32,000 nt of DNA. It comes from Pseudoalteromonas translucida KMM 520. Lineage in GTDB: Bacteria; Pseudomonadota; Gammaproteobacteria; Enterobacterales; Alteromonadaceae. The translations under genes and the position numbers were made by a program. Location of the stretch: contig NZ_CP011034.1 in the NCBI RefSeq assembly GCF_001465295.1, forward strand, positions 3,150,001 to 3,182,000. Direction: 5' to 3'. The notes below the pieces were generated by a model. It saw only the letters and a list, made by a program, of their open reading frames with translations. It had not been told where the DNA came from and searched no databases. Below, piece by piece: positions 30,572-32,000 of the stretch (position 1 is the stretch's first letter; every line of letters begins with the position of its first letter).

Positions 30572-31735
30572 ATGAAAAAAGCTATTATCATCACACTCGC
30601 TATTGCCGCTTTTATAGCGTTAATTGTATCAAAACAAATTTCTGGTGATAAAAAACAGCCCGAGGTAAATATCGCCCATGTTGAACTCGGCAATATTGCC
30701 GACTCAATTATGGCGTCTGGTAATTTAGTTTTTAATACACAAGTGCAATTACGCTCTGAAGTGACCGGCCGAGTAGATAAAGTATTTGTCGAAGAAGGCC
30801 AAAGTGTAAAACAAGGCGATATTTTAATGCGCCTTGATACCACTGCATTTGAATCTGAAGTAACCCGTAATAAAGCACTACTACGTGCCACTGAAATAGA
30901 AATTAAGCACAGCCAAATTCGCTTAGTTAACTTTGAACGCCAACTAAAAAGACAAAAAGAGCTTTACGATGTCGGTTTGGGCAATGAAGAAGCCTATGAA
31001 AACCTAGCAAGTGCCCGCGATTTAGCCAAAATAGATATTGAATCTCGTAAAGAGTCGTTTAACCAAGCCCATGCGTCGTTGCAAATTGCTCAAGATCGGC
31101 TAAATAAAAGTGTTTTTAAAGCGCCTATGAGTGGCCTATTAGCTTCGGTTAATATTAAAGAAGGCGAAACGGTTATTGCCGGAACGACCAATATAATAGG
31201 CTCTGATTTAATGCTAGTTGCCGACCCTAGCGCTATTTTAGCTGAGTTGCGAGTTGATGAAACCGACATAGCCAGTATTAAGCTCCATCAAAAAGCGAAT
31301 ATTTATGCCGCCGCTTATCCTAATAATCCTTTTACTGGCACAGTAATAAACATAGGTACCTCGGCTAAAAACCAGCCTGGCTCACAAGGGTTATCATTTA
31401 AAGTAAAAGTATTACTCGATGCTACCGATCGTCAACTATATGCCGGAATGAGCTGTAGAGCAGAAATTGCCACCAGCATTGCCGAAAATGGTTTAAAGTT
31501 ACCAATAGAAGCAATTCAAAAACAAGACGACAACACCTTTGTTTGGCGTCTAAATAACGACAACAGCGTTAGTAAAGTAACCGTAACTGTTGGTATATCG
31601 TCAGATATTGAGCAAGCAATTACCGAGGGGCTCAATGAAGGTGACAAAATAGTTATTGGCCCAGCTCGCCCTATTAGTACTTTAAAAGAAGGCGACACAG
31701 TAAAAGTAAAAGCCGCCGCGAAGGAAAACAACTAA
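30572..31735 (+). CDS. macA: Efflux transporter periplasmic adaptor (membrane fusion protein, HlyD/MacA type)
   Basis: 387 aa. It has an N-terminal anchor (AIIITLAIAAFIALIV) and a lipoyl/barrel-sandwich motif (V..V.V.EGQ.VK.GD.L..LD). A long coiled-coil hairpin follows (LLRATEIEIKH...LKRQKELY...), then the second half-motif (F.AP.SG.......K.GE.V). The gene ends in a TAATG overlap with a MacB-type ABC gene. Confidence 0.8.
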   Translation: MKKAIIITLAIAAFIALIVSKQISGDKKQPEVNIAHVELGNIADSIMASGNLVFNTQVQLRSEVTGRVDKVFVEEGQSVKQGDILMRLDTTAFESEVTRNKALLRATEIEIKHSQIRLVNFERQLKRQKELYDVGLGNEEAYENLASARDLAKIDIESRKESFNQAHASLQIAQDRLNKSVFKAPMSGLLASVNIKEGETVIAGTTNIIGSDLMLVADPSAILAELRVDETDIASIKLHQKANIYAAAYPNNPFTGTVINIGTSAKNQPGSQGLSFKVKVLLDATDRQLYAGMSCRAEIATSIAENGLKLPIEAIQKQDDNTFVWRLNNDNSVSKVTVTVGISSDIEQAITEGLNEGDKIVIGPARPISTLKEGDTVKVKAAAKENN

Positions 31736-32000
31736 TGACTGGGGTGATCAAGCTTGAGCATATTAATAAACAATACAAAATGGGCGCTGAGATATTTAAA
31801 GCACTTGATGATGTAAACATTAGCATTATGCCCAATGAATATGTAGCTATCATTGGCCCTTCGGGATCGGGCAAGTCTACCCTAATGAACTTGTTAGGCT
31901 GCTTAGATACCCCCACCAGCGGCGAGTATTATTTAAAAGATAAGTTAGTAAAAAGTATGACCGAAACCGAGCTTGCGCATCAACGTAACGAAAGCGTCGG
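31735..32000 (+). CDS. macB: MacB-type ABC transporter ATP-binding domain (5' partial, runs off the window)
   Basis: The ATG at 31735 overlaps the macA stop (TAATG). The translation is MTGVIKLEHINKQYKMG.EIFKALDDVNISI.PNEYVAIIGPSGSGKSTLMNLLGCLDTPTSGEYYL, with Walker A GPSGSGKST and the LGCLD..TSG.Y block shared with E. coli MacB. The window cannot show whether a fused FtsX-type permease follows, so the macB symbol is provisional. Confidence 0.75.
   Translation, partial: MTGVIKLEHINKQYKMGAEIFKALDDVNISIMPNEYVAIIGPSGSGKSTLMNLLGCLDTPTSGEYYLKDKLVKSMTETELAHQRNESV

Noticed and set aside
30553-31916. Minus-strand ORFs 30553-30891, 31516-31731 and 31674-31916, opposite macA and macB.
   Set aside because: They are antisense to well-supported efflux genes, with shadow-ORF composition.

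Overview
This window is mostly core housekeeping DNA from an AT-rich gammaproteobacterium. The rRNA and protein sequences look Alteromonadales or Pseudoalteromonas-like, but that is my inference from reading them, not a search result.

- **Plus strand, 1-10.2 kb:** the tail of a yicC-like gene, then gmk, rpoZ, spoT, ridA and a DUF342/FapA-like gene. These are followed by the divergent pair asnA(-)/asnC(+), then trmH and recG.
- **Minus strand, 10.3-15.8 kb:** one complete rrn operon (16S, tRNA-less ITS, 23S, 5S). It has recognisable tandem P1/P2 promoters, two boxA elements, RNase III-type processing stems and a terminator.
- **Minus strand, 16.4-24.9 kb:** complete spc and alpha ribosomal-protein operons (rplN to rpmJ, rpsM to rplQ). 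rpmJ is absent from the ORF track because it is under 60 aa.
- **25.1-32 kb:** an AsmA-family gene (-), an uncharacterised 387-aa protein, a TorF/Gcw_chp-like small outer-membrane barrel, a Yip1-like membrane protein, macA and the start of a macB-type gene.

I found no CRISPR array, transposase, integrase, phage gene, tRNA or pseudogene. I also found no gene set that I can defend as a new biological system.

The items most worth a second look are all modest:
- the unexplained ORF-free AT-rich tract upstream of the rrn promoters
- the 387-aa orphan-like protein
- the DUF342 gene and the broken spoT-trmH and S10-spc synteny
- the TorF-like/Yip1/MacAB envelope cluster

Several ORF-track starts are over-extended (asnA, rpsM, rplE, the AsmA-family gene) and are corrected in the feature list.
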